A DNA stretch of 64,000 nt from assembly GCF_964355755.1 (NCBI RefSeq), contig NC_092677.1, positions 20,296,101-20,360,100 of the forward strand. The letters run 5' to 3'. The translations under genes were made by a program, and so were the position numbers. This stretch comes from Antedon mediterranea (taxonomy: Eukaryota; Animalia; Echinodermata). The notes under the pieces were generated by a model. It was not told the DNA's origin. It searched no databases and saw only the letters and a program-made list of their open reading frames with translations. Positions 43,841-55,100 of this stretch are shown piece by piece. The stretch's first letter is position 1; each line of letters begins with the position of its first letter.

Positions 43841-43912
43841 AGGTTTCGCCAGGGCTCGAACCGGGACCTTCTGGGAGTTAAGCAGACTTGACAACCACTA
43901 CACTACGAAAGT
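43841..43912 (-). pseudogene. tRNA-Val(AAC) pseudogene, copy V1
   Basis: Minus strand ACTTTCGTAGTGTAGTGGTTGTCAAGTCTGCTTAACTCCCAGAAGGTCCCGGTTCGAGCCCTGGCGAAACC. Mismatches occur in the acceptor, D, anticodon and T stems, plus a 1-nt deletion. Confidence 0.85.
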
Positions 43913-44123
43913 TCTTACACCAAAAATGTGGGTTACACAAAGTTTTTTAATCCATTTAAATTACAAATAAATTATTATGTAATAAGCACAAAGCAAGATA
44001 AACATGTGTAAAAGTGATAATTACCGATTACACAAAATAAATATTTTTAAAAATAATAAAAATAAGATATACTGTATATCATATTACCTTATCAGTACTT
44101 TTTACCATAAAGTTGAAAAAAAA

Positions 44124-44196
44124 AGGTTTCGCCCGGGCTCGAACCGGGGACCTTCTGCGTGTTAAGCAGACGTGATAACCACTACGCCAAGAAGCC
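44124..44196 (-). pseudogene. tRNA-Val(AAC)-like copy V2, best preserved and probably a pseudogene
   Basis: Minus strand GGCTTCTTGGCGTAGTGGTTATCACGTCTGCTTAACACGCAGAAGGTCCCCGGTTCGAGCCCGGGCGAAACC followed by T9. Perfect anticodon stem (TCTGC/GCAGA, anticodon AAC at 44161-44163) and T stem (CCCGG/CCGGG), with intact A and B boxes. Two acceptor mismatches and one D-stem mismatch. Confidence 0.85.
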
Positions 44197-44347
44197 GCAT
44201 ATAACTACATAACGCTGTGGTGTGTGTCACACATTGTGGCTTCTTAATTAAACAAATTAATTAACAAAAAAGCACGAATGTGCAATACTCGGGGTACAGC
44301 GAAAAAAGCTGTATACAGACGTATACAGTTAGAAAGTAAAGAAAAAT

Positions 44348-44419
44348 AGGTTTCGCCAGGGCTCGAACCGGGACCTTCTGCGTGTTATGCAGACTTGACA
44401 ACCACTACACTACGAAACC
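44348..44419 (-). pseudogene. tRNA-Val(AAC) pseudogene, copy V1'
   Basis: Perfect acceptor stem GGTTTCG/CGAAACC and anticodon stem, loop ATAACAC. D-stem and T-stem mismatches and the 1-nt deletion are shared with V1. Confidence 0.85.
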
Positions 44420-44632
44420 TCTTACATTAAAAATGTGGGTTACAGAAAGTTTTTTAATCCATTTAAATTACAGATAAATGGTAATAAGCACAAAGCAAAA
44501 TAAACATGTGTAAAAGTGATAATTACCGATTACACAAAATAAGTATTTAAAAAAATAATAAAAATAAAATATACTCTGTATAATTATCATATTGCGTATA
44601 CAGTACTTTTCACCATAAAGTTTAAAAAAAAA

Positions 44633-44705
44633 AGGTTTCGTCCGGGCTCGAACCAGGTACCTTCTGCATGTTAAGCAAACGTGATAACCACTACGCCAAG
44701 AAGCC
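44633..44705 (-). pseudogene. tRNA-Val(AAC) pseudogene, copy V2'
   Basis: Paralog of V2 with further substitutions (TTTGC-TTAACAT-GCAGA; CCTGG-TTCGAGC-CCGGA), followed by T10. Confidence 0.85.
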
Positions 44706-44950
44706 GCATATAACCATATAACTACTTAACGCTGTGGTGTGTGTCACACATTGTGGCTTCTTAATTAAACAAATTAATTAACAAAAAATTAAAAATCCGG
44801 CTCTATAGATTTGAGAACATGTCCCTGTAGTATATTCATGCCAAATCCCAGCTCAATACTACAACGAATAAGGGAGGAGTAGTACTTTAAAAATCGCACT
44901 TTTTACTCAATAGTGTCCAGATGGTGGAGGAGAAAATGAGTAAGTACTAG

Positions 44951-44968
44951 ACTCGGGTACCCCGAGTA
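44951..44968 (-). other. HINE 5' palindromic subTIR (7-bp hairpin)
   Basis: actcggg tac cccgagt is a perfect 7-bp stem with a 3-nt loop, overlapping the 12-bp subTIR. Confidence 0.85.
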
Positions 44969-46119
44969 AAAAGGTTCACTTGTTTAGGCCTGACATTTAC
45001 AACCCACAAAATATCTCACTTTCAAAAACAATATTTATTTTAAATAAAAAAAATTAAAAAAATATCCGTAGAGGTTCGAACCCACTAGTGAGAACACTCA
45101 AACTTGAGCATTACCCGTTACGCCACAAACCAGTAGATAACTGAAGAGCTGATAATAGTCTATTTATATGAAATGAATGATCAATCAATGAAAAATAATG
45201 CCATGCAACTTTGTTTCTGATTTTAAAAAAGGTCCACTTGTTTAGGCCTGACATTTACAACCCTCAAAATATCTCACTTTCAAAAACAATATTTTTTTCA
45301 ATAAAAAAAAAAAAAGAAAAAAAATATTCGTAGAGGTTCGAACCCACTACTGCGAGAACTCAAACCTGAGCATTACCCGTTACGCCTCAAACCAGTAGAT
45401 GACTGAAGAGCTGATAATACTCTATTTATATGAAATTAATAATAAATCAATGAAAAATAATGCCATGCAACTTTGTTTCTGATTTTAAAAAAGGTTCACT
45501 TGTTTAGGCCTGACATTTACAACCCTCAAAATATCTCACTTTCAAAAACAATATTTATTTTAAATAAAAAAAAAAAAAAAAAAATACCCGTAGAGGTTCG
45601 AACCCACTAGTGAGAGCACTCAAACTTGAGCATTACCCGTTACGCCACAAACCAGTAGATGACTGAAGAGCTGACAATACTCTATTTATATGAAATAAAT
45701 AATAAATCAATGAAAAATAATGCCATGCAAATTTGTTTCTGATTTTAAAAAAGGTCCACTTGTTTAGGCCTGACATTTACAACCCTCAAAATATCTCACT
45801 TTCAAAATCCATATTTATTCTCAATTTAAAAAAAAAAAGAAAAAAAATATCCCTAGAGGTTCGACCCACTAGTGAAAGCACTCAAACCTGAGCATTACCC
45901 GTTACGCCACAAACCAGTAGATGACTGAAGAGCTGATAATAGTCTATTTATATGAAATGAATGATCAATCAATGAAAAATAATGCCATGCAACTTTGTTT
46001 CTGATTTTAAAAAATATCCATTTGTTTAGGCCTGACATTCACAACCCTAAAAAATATCTCATTTTCAAAAAAAATATTTATTTTCAATAAGAAAAAAAAA
46101 AGTAATATCCCTAGAGGGA

Positions 46120-46130
46120 TACCCCGAGTA
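46120..46130 (-). mobile_element. 11-bp relic of the HINE 5' end at a duplication junction
   Basis: taccccgagta followed by aaaaggttcac is identical to 44958-44968 and its flank. It is fused to a monomer truncated at the B box (ccctagagg|ga|taccccgagta). Confidence 0.85.
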
Positions 46131-46420
46131 AAAAGGTTCACTTGTTTAGGCCTGACATTTACAACCCTCAAAATATCTCACTTTCAAAAACAATATTTAT
46201 TTTAAATAAAAAAAAAAAAAAAAATATCCGTAGAGGTTCGAACCCACTAGTGAGAACACTCAAACTTGAGCATTACCCGTTACGCCACAAACCAGTAGAT
46301 AACTGAAGAGCTGATAATAGTCTATTTATATGAAATGAATGATCAATCAATGAAAAATAATGCCATGCAACTTTGTTTCTGATTTTAAAAAAGGCCACTT
46401 GTTTAGGCCTGACATTTACA

Positions 46421-49361
46421 ACCCTCAAAATATCTCACTTTCAAAAACAATATTTTTTTCAATAAAAAAAAAAAAAAGAAAAAAAATATTCGTAGAGGTT
46501 CGAACCCACTACTGCGAGAACTCAAACCTGAGCATTACCCGTTACGCCTCAAACCAGTAGATGACTGAAGAGCTGATAATACTCTATTTATATGAAATTA
46601 ATAATAAATCAATGAAAAATAATGCCATGCAACTTTGTTTCTGATTTTAAAAAAGGTTCACTTGTTTAGGCCTGACATTTACAACCCTCAAAATATCTCA
46701 CTTTCAAAAACAATATTTATTTTAAATAAAAAAAAAAAAGAAACAAAATATCCGTAGAGGTTCGAACCCACTAGTGAGAGCACTCAAACTTGAGCATTAC
46801 CCGTTACGCCACAAACCAGTAGATGACTGAAGAGCTGATAATACTCTATTTATATGAAATAAATAATAAATCAATGAAAAATAATGCCATGCAACTTTGT
46901 TTCTGATTTTAAAAAAGGTCCACTTGCTTAGGCCTGACATTTACAACCCTCAAAATATCTCTCTTTCAAAAACAATATTTATTTTCAATAAAAAAAAAAA
47001 AATAAAAAAGTTCGTAGAGGTTCGAACCCACTACTGCGAGAACTCAAACCTGAGCATTACCCGTTACGCCTCAAATCAGTAGATGACTGAAGAGCTGATA
47101 ATAGTCTATTTATATGAAATGAATGATCAATCAATGAAAAATAATGCCATGCAACTTTGTTTCTGATTTAAAAAAAGGTTCACTTGTTTAGGCCTGACAT
47201 TTACAACCCTAAAAATATCTCACTTTCAAAAACAATATTTATTTTCAATTTTAAAAAAAAAATCCCTAGAGGTTCGAACCCACTACTGAGAGAACTCAAA
47301 CCTGAGCATTATCCGTTACGCAACCAACCAGTAGGTGACTGAGGAGCTGATAATAGTCTATTTATATGAAATGAATGATCAATCAATGAAAAATAATGCC
47401 ATGCAACTTTGTTTCTGATTTTAAAAAAGGTTCACTTGTTTTGGCCTGACATTTACAACCCTCAAAATATCTCACTTTCAAAAACAATATTTTTTCAATT
47501 AAAAAAAAAAAAGAAATAAAATATCAGTAGAGGTTCGAACCCACTAGTGAGAGCAATCAAACTTGAGCATTACCCGTTACGCCACAAACCAGTAGATGAC
47601 TGAAGAGCTGATAATAGTCTATTTATATGAAATGAATGATCAATCAATGAAAAATAATGCCATACAACTTTGTTTCTGATTTTAAAAAAGGTTCACTTGT
47701 TTAGGCCTGATATTTACAACCCTCAAAATATCTCACTTTCAAAAACCATATTTATTTTCAATTTTTAAAAAAAGAAAAAAAATATCCCTAGAGGTTCGAC
47801 CCACTACTCAGAGCACTCAAACCTGAGCATTACCCGTTACGCCACAAACCAGTAGATGACTGAAGAGCTGATAATAGTCTATTTATATGAAATGAATGAT
47901 CAATCAATGAAAATAATGCCATGCAACTTTGTTTCTGATTTTAAAAAAGGTCCACTTGTTTAGGCCTGACATTTACAACCCTCAAAATATCTCACTTTCA
48001 AAAACAATATTTATTTTCAATTAAAATAAAAAGAAAAAAAATATTCGTAGAGGTTCGAACCCACTACTCAGAGCACTCAAAACTGAGCATTACCCGTTAC
48101 GCCACAAACCAGTAGATGACTGAAGAGCTGATAATAGTCTATTTATATGAAATTAAAAATAAATCAATGAAAAATAATGCAATGCAACTTTGTTTCTGAT
48201 TTTAAAAAAGGTTCACTTGTTTAGGCCTGACATTTACAACCCTCAAAATATTTCATTTTCAAAAACAATATTTATTTTAAATAAAAAAAAAAGAAACAAA
48301 ATATCCGTAGAGGTTCGAACCCACTAGTGAGAGCACTCAAACTTGAGCATTACCCGTTACGCCACAAACCAGTAGATGACTGAAGAGCTGATAATACTCT
48401 ATTTATATGAAATAAATAATAAATCAATGAAAAATAATGCCATGCCACTTTGTTTCTGATTTTAAAAAAGGTCCACTTGTTTAGGCCTGATATTTACAAC
48501 CCTCAAAATATCTCACTTTCAAAAACAATATTTATTTTAAATAAAAAAAAAAAAAATATCCGTAGAGGTTCGAACCCACTAGTGAGAACACTCAAACTTG
48601 AGCATTACCCGTTACGCCACAAACCAGTAGATAACTGAAGAGCTGATAATAGTCTATTTATATGAAATGAATGATCAATCAATGAAAAATAATGCCATGC
48701 AACTTTGTTTCTGATTTTAAAAAATGTCCACTTGTTTAGGCCTGACATTTACAACCCTCAAAATATCTCACTTTCAAAAACAATATTTTTTTCAATTAAA
48801 AAAAAAAAAGAAAAAAAATATTCGTAGAGGTTCGAACCCACTACTGCGAGAACTCAAACCTGAGCATTACCCGTTACGCCTCAAACCAGTAGATGACTGA
48901 AGAGCTGATAATACTCTATTTATATGAAATTAATAATAAATCAATGAAAAATAATGCCATGCAACTTTGTTTCTGATTTTAAAAAAGGTTCACTTGTTTA
49001 GGCCTGACATTTACAACCCTCAAAATATCTCACTTTCAAAAACAATATTTATTTTAAATAATAAAAAAAAAAAAACAAAATACCCGTAGAGGTCCGAACC
49101 CACTAATGAGAGCACTCAAACTTGAGCATTACCCGTTACGCCACAAACCAGTAGATGACTGAAGAGCTGACAATACTCTATTTATATGAAATAAATAATA
49201 AATCAATGAAAAATAATGCCATGCAACTTTGTTTCTGATTTTAAAAAAGGTCCACTTGTTTAGGCCTGACATTTACAACCCTCAAAATATCTCACTTTCA
49301 AAATCCATATTTATTCTCAATTTAAAAAAAAAAGAAAAAAAATATCCTTAGAGGTTCGACC
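46421..49361. repeat. Block C, duplicated at ~61060-64000 and beyond
   Basis: Offset 14639 (46897/61536, 48450/63089). Shared variants include cttgcttagg, aaaagttcgtag, gagcaatcaa and gccatacaac. Confidence 0.9.
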
Positions 49362-52300
49362 CACTACTCAGAGCACTCAAACCTGAGCATTACCCGTTAC
49401 GCCACAAACCAGTAGATGACTGAAGAGCTGATAATAGTCTATTTATATGAAATGAATGATCAATCAATGAAAAATAATGCCATGCAACTTTGTTTCTGAT
49501 TTTAAAAAATATCCATTTGTTTAGGCCTGACATTCACAACCCTAAAAAATATCTCATTTTCAAAAAAAATATTTATTTTCAATAAGAAAAAAAAAAGTAA
49601 TATCCCTAGAGGTTCGAACCCACTACTGGGAGAACTCAAACCTGAGCATTACCCGTTACGCCTCAAACCAATAGATGACTGTAGAGCTGATAATACTCTA
49701 TTTATATGAAATTAATAATAAATCAATGAAAAATAATGCCATGCAACTTTGTTTCTGATTTTAAAAAAGGTTCACTTGTTTAGGCCTGACATTTACAACC
49801 CTCAAAATATCTCACTTTCAAAAACAATATTTATTTTAAATAAAAAAAAAAAAAAAACAAAATACCCGTAGAGGTCCGAACCCACTAGTGAGAGCACTCA
49901 AACTTGAGCATTACCCGTTACGCCACAAACCAGTAGATGACTGAAGAGCTGACAATACTCTATTTATATGAAATAAATAATAAATCAATGAAAAATAATG
50001 CCATGCAACTTTGTTTCTGATTTTAAAAAAGGTCCACTTGTTTAGGCCTGACATTTACAACCCTCAAAATATCTCACTTTCAAAATCCATATTTATTCTC
50101 AATTTAAAAAAAAAAGAAAAAAATATCCTTAGAGGTTCGACCCACTACTCAGAGCACTCAAACCTGAGCATTACCCGTTACGCCACAAACCAGTAGATGA
50201 CTGAAGAGCTGATAATAGTCTATTTATATGAAATGAATGATCAATCAATGAAAAATAATGCCATGCAACTTTGTTTCTGATTTTAAAAAATATCCATTTG
50301 TTTAGGCCTGACATTCACAACCCTAAAAAATATCTCATTTTCAAAAAAAATATTTATTTTCAATAAGAAAAAAAAAAGTAATATCCCTAGAGGTTCGAAC
50401 CCACTACTGCGAGAACTCAAACCTGAGCATTACCCGTTACGCCTCAAACCAGTAGATGACTGTAGAGCTGATAATACTCTATTTATATGAAATTAATAAT
50501 AAATCAATGAAAAATAATGCCATGCAACTTTGTTTCTGATTTTAAAAAAGGTTCAATTGTTTAGGCCTGACATTTACAACCCTCAAAATATCTCACTTTC
50601 AAAAACAATATTTATTTTAAATAAAAAAAAAAAAGAAACAAAATATCCGTAGAGGTTCGAACCCACTAGTGAGAGCACTCAAACTTGAGCATTACCCGTT
50701 ATGCTACAAACCAGTAGATGACTGAAGAGCTGATAATACTCTATTTATATGAAATAATTAATAAATCAATGAAAAATAATGCCATGCAACTTTGTTTCTG
50801 ATTTTAAAAAAGGTCCACTTGTTTAGGCCTGATATTTACAACCCTCAAAATATCTCACTTTCAAAATCCATATTTATTCTCAATTTAAAAAAAAAAGAAA
50901 AAAAATATCCTTAGAGGTTCGACCCACTACTCAGAGCACTCAAACCTGAGCATTACCCGTTACGCCACAAACCAGTAGATGACTGAAGAGCTGATAATAG
51001 TCTATTTATATGAAATGAATGATCAATCAATGAAAAATAATGCCATGCAACTTTGTTTCTGATTTTAAAAAATATCCATTTGTTTAGGCCTGACATTCAC
51101 AACCCTAAAAAATATCTCATTTTCAAAAAAAATATTTATTTTCAATAAGAAAAAAAAAAGTAATATCCCTAGAGGTTCGAACCCACTACTGCGAGAACTC
51201 AAACCTGAGCATTACCCGTTACGCCTCAAACCAATAGATGACTGTAGAGCTGATAATACTCTATTTATATGAAATTAATAATAAATCAATGAAAAATAAT
51301 GCCATGCAACTTTGTTTCTGATTTTAAAAAAGGTTCACTTGTTTAGGCCTGACATTTACAACCCTCAAAATATCTCACTTTCAAAAACAATATTTATTTT
51401 AAATAAAAAAAAAAAAAAAACAAAATACCCGTAGAGGTCCGAACCCACTAGTGAGAGCACTCAAACTTGAGCATTACCCGTTACGCCACAAACCAGTAGA
51501 TGACTGAAGAGCTGACAATACTCTATTTATATGAAATAAATAATAAATCAATGAAAAATAATGCCATGCAACTTTGTTTCTGATTTTAAAAAAGGTCCAC
51601 TTGTTTAGGCCTGACATTTACAACCCTCAAAATATCTCACTTTCAAAATCCATATTTATTCTCAATTTAAAAAAAAAAGAAAAAAATATCCTTAGAGGTT
51701 CGACCCACTACTCAGAGCACTCAAACCTGAGCATTACCCGTTACGCCACAAACCAGTAGATGACTGAAGAGCTGATAATAGTCTATTTATATGAAATGAA
51801 TGATCAATCAATGAAAAATAATGCCATGCAACTTTGTTTCTGATTTTAAAAAATATCCATTTGTTTAGGCCTGACATTCACAACCCTAAAAAATATCTCA
51901 TTTTCAAAAAAAATATTTATTTTCAATAAGAAAAAAAAAAGTAATATCCCTAGAGGTTCGAACCCACTACTGCGAGAACTCAAACCTGAGCATTACCCGT
52001 TACGCCTCAAACCAGTAGATGACTGTAGAGCTGATAATACTCTATTTATATGAAATTAATAATAAATCAATGAAAAATAATGCCATGCAACTTTGTTTCT
52101 GATTTTAAAAAAGGTTCAATTGTTTAGGCCTGACATTTACAACCCTCAAAATATCTCACTTTCAAAAACAATATTTATTTTAAATAAAAAAAAAAAAGAA
52201 ACAAAATATCCGTAGAGGTTCGAACCCACTAGTGAGAGCACTCAAACTTGAGCATTACCCGTTACGCCACAAACCAGTAGATGACTGAAGAGCTGATAAT

Positions 52301-55100
52301 ACTCTATTTATATGAAATAATTAATAAATCAATGAAAAATAATGCCATGCAACTTTGTTTCTGATTTTAAAAAAGGTCCACTTGTTTAGGCCTGATATTT
52401 ACAACCCTCAAAATATCTCACTTTCAAAAACCATATTTATTTTCAATTTAAAAAAAAAAGAAAAAAAATATCCCTAGAGGTTCGACCCACTACTCAGAGC
52501 ACTCAAACCTGAGCATTACCCGTTACGCCACAAACCAGTAGATGACTGAAGAGCTGATAATACTCTATTTATATGTAATTAATAATAAATCAATGAAAAA
52601 TAATGCCATGCAACTTTGTTTCTGATTTTAAAAAAGGTCCACTTGTTTAGGCCTGACATTTACAACCCTCAAAATATCTCACTTTCAAAAACAATATTTA
52701 TTTTCAATTTAAAAAAAAAAATCCCTAGAGGTTCGAACCCACTACTGAGAGAACTCAAACCTGAGCATTATCCGTTACGCCACCAACCAGTAGGTGACTG
52801 AGGAGCTGATAATACTCTATTTATATGTAATTAATAATAAATCAATGAAAAATAATGCCATGCAACTTTGTTTCTGATTTTAAAAAAGGTCCACTTGTTT
52901 AGGCCTGACATTTACAACCCTCAAAATATCTCACTTTCAAAAACAATATTTATTTTCAATTTAAAAAAAAAAATCCCTAGAGGTTCGAACCCACTACTGA
53001 GAGAACTCAAACCTGAGCATTATCCGTTACGCCACCAACCAGTAGGTGACTGAGGAGCTGATAATAGTCTATTTATATGAAATGAATGATCAATCAATGA
53101 AAAATAATGCCATGCAACTTTGTTTCTGATTTTAAAAAAGGTTCACTTGTTTTGGCCTGACATTTACAACCCTCAAAATATCTCACTTTCAAAAACAATA
53201 TTTTTTCAATTAAAAAAAAAAAAATAATAAAATATTAGTAGAGGTTCGAACCCACTAGTGAGAGCACTCAAACTTGAGCATTACCCGTTACGCCACAAAC
53301 CAGTAGATGACTGAAGAGCTGATAATACTCTATTTATATGAAATAAATAATAAATCAATGAAAAATAATGCCATGCAACTTTGTTTCTGATTTTAAAAAA
53401 GGTCCACTTGTTTAGGCCTGACATTTACAACCCTCAAACTATCTCACTTTCAAAAACCATATTTATTTTAAATTTAAAAAAAAAAGAAAAAAAATATTCG
53501 TAGAGGTTCGAACCCACCACTGCGAGAACTCAAACCTGAGCACTACCAGTTACGCTACAAACCAGTAGATGACTGAAGAGCTGATAATAGTCTATTTATA
53601 TGAAATTAATAATAAATCAATGAAAAATAATGCCATGCAACTTTGTTTCTGATTTTAAAAAAGGTTCACTTGTTTAGGCCTGACATTTACAACCCTCAAA
53701 ATATCTCACTTTCAAAAACAATATTTATTTTAAAAAAAAAAAGAAAAAGAAACAAAATATCCGTAGAGGTTCGAACCCACTAGTGAGAGCACTCAAACTT
53801 GAGCATTACCCGTTACGCCACAAACCAGTAGATGACTCAAGAGCTGATAATACTCTATTTATATGAAATAAATAATAAATCAATGAAAAATAATGCAATG
53901 CAACTTTTTTTCTGATTTTAAAAAAGGTCCACTTGTTTAGGCCTGATATTTACAACCCTCAAAATATCTCACTTTCAAAAACCATATTTATTTTCAATTT
54001 AAAAAAAAAAGAAAAAAATATCCCTAGAGGTTCGACCCCCTACTCAGAGCACTCAAACCTGAGCATTACCCGTTACGCCACAAACCAGTAGATGACTGAA
54101 GAGCTGATAATAGTCTATTTATATGAAATGAATGATCAATCAATGAAAAATAATGCCATGCAACTTTGTTTCTGATTTTAAAAAAGCTCCACTTGTTTAG
54201 GCCTGACATTTACAACCCTCAAAATATCTCACTTTCAAAAACCATATTTATTTTCAATTTAAAAAAAAAAGAAAAAAAATATCCCTAGAGGTTTGACCCA
54301 CTACTCAGAGCACTCAAAACTGAGCATTACCCGTTACGCCACAAACCAGTAGATGACTGAAGAGCTGATAATAGTCTATTTATATGAAATGAATGATCAA
54401 TCAATGAAAAATAATGCCATGCAACTTTGTTTCTGATTTAAAAAAAGGTTCACTTGTTTAGGCCTGACATTTACAACCCTAAAAATATCTCACTTTCAAA
54501 AAAAATATTTATTTTAAATAAAAAAAAAAAGAAAGAAATATCCCTAGAGGTTCAAACCCACTACTGCGAGCACTCAAACTTGAGCATTACCCGTTACGCC
54601 TCAAACCAGTAGATGACTGAAGAGCTGATAATACTCTATTTATATGAAATAAATAATAAATCAATGAAAAATAATGCCATGCAACTTTGTTTCTGATTTT
54701 AAAAAAGGTCCACTTGTTTAGGCCTGATATTTACAACCCTCAAAATATCTCACTTTCAAAAACCATATTTATTTTCAATTTAAAAAAAAAAGAAAAAAAA
54801 TATCCCTAGAGGTTCGACCCACTACTCAGAGCACTCAAACCTGACCATTACCCGTTACGCCACAAACCAGTAGATGACTGAAGAGCTGATAATAGTCTAT
54901 TTATATGAAATGAATGATCAATCAATGAAAAATAATGCCATGAAACTTTGTTTCTGATTTTAAAAAAGGTCCACTTGTTTAGGCCTGATATTTACAACCC
55001 TCAAAATATCTCACTTTCAAAAACCATATTTATTTTCAATTTAAAAAAAAAAGAAAAAAAATATCCCTAGAGGTTCGACCCACTACTCAGAGCACTCAAA

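Larger units (their letters stand above)
43426..44968 (-). mobile_element. Non-autonomous Helentron-associated element (HINE / DINE-1-like), composite, ~1.54 kb
   Basis: 12-bp inverted repeats tactcggggtac (43443-43454) and gtaccccgagta (44957-44968). The right one is part of a hairpin (actcggg-tac-cccgagt). The left one lies inside a short stem-loop gcac-gaat-gtgc, with a minus-strand CTTGTT end. The element is inserted in the A6/T6 run of a monomer with no clear target-site duplication and has no ORF. Confidence 0.85.
44269..44968 (-). mobile_element. HINE subunit 2 (~700 bp) enclosing two tRNA-Val-like copies
   Basis: Second left end aagcacgaatgtgcaatactcggggtacagcgaaaaaagctgta (44270-44313), then the tRNA-Val block, then the conserved core and an intact right end. 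Confidence 0.72.

Noticed and set aside
44124-44196. V2 as a functional tRNA-Val gene
   Set aside because: It has two acceptor-stem mismatches (C3-A70, T7-C66) and a D-stem mismatch. It is kept as a probable pseudogene, though it may be transcribed.
43426-44968. Insertion as a MITE/TIR transposon or a SINE
   Set aside because: The inverted repeats are asymmetric and subterminal, with hairpins, and there is no defined TSD. The tRNA parts are internal, full-length and multiple rather than a 5' head with a tail.
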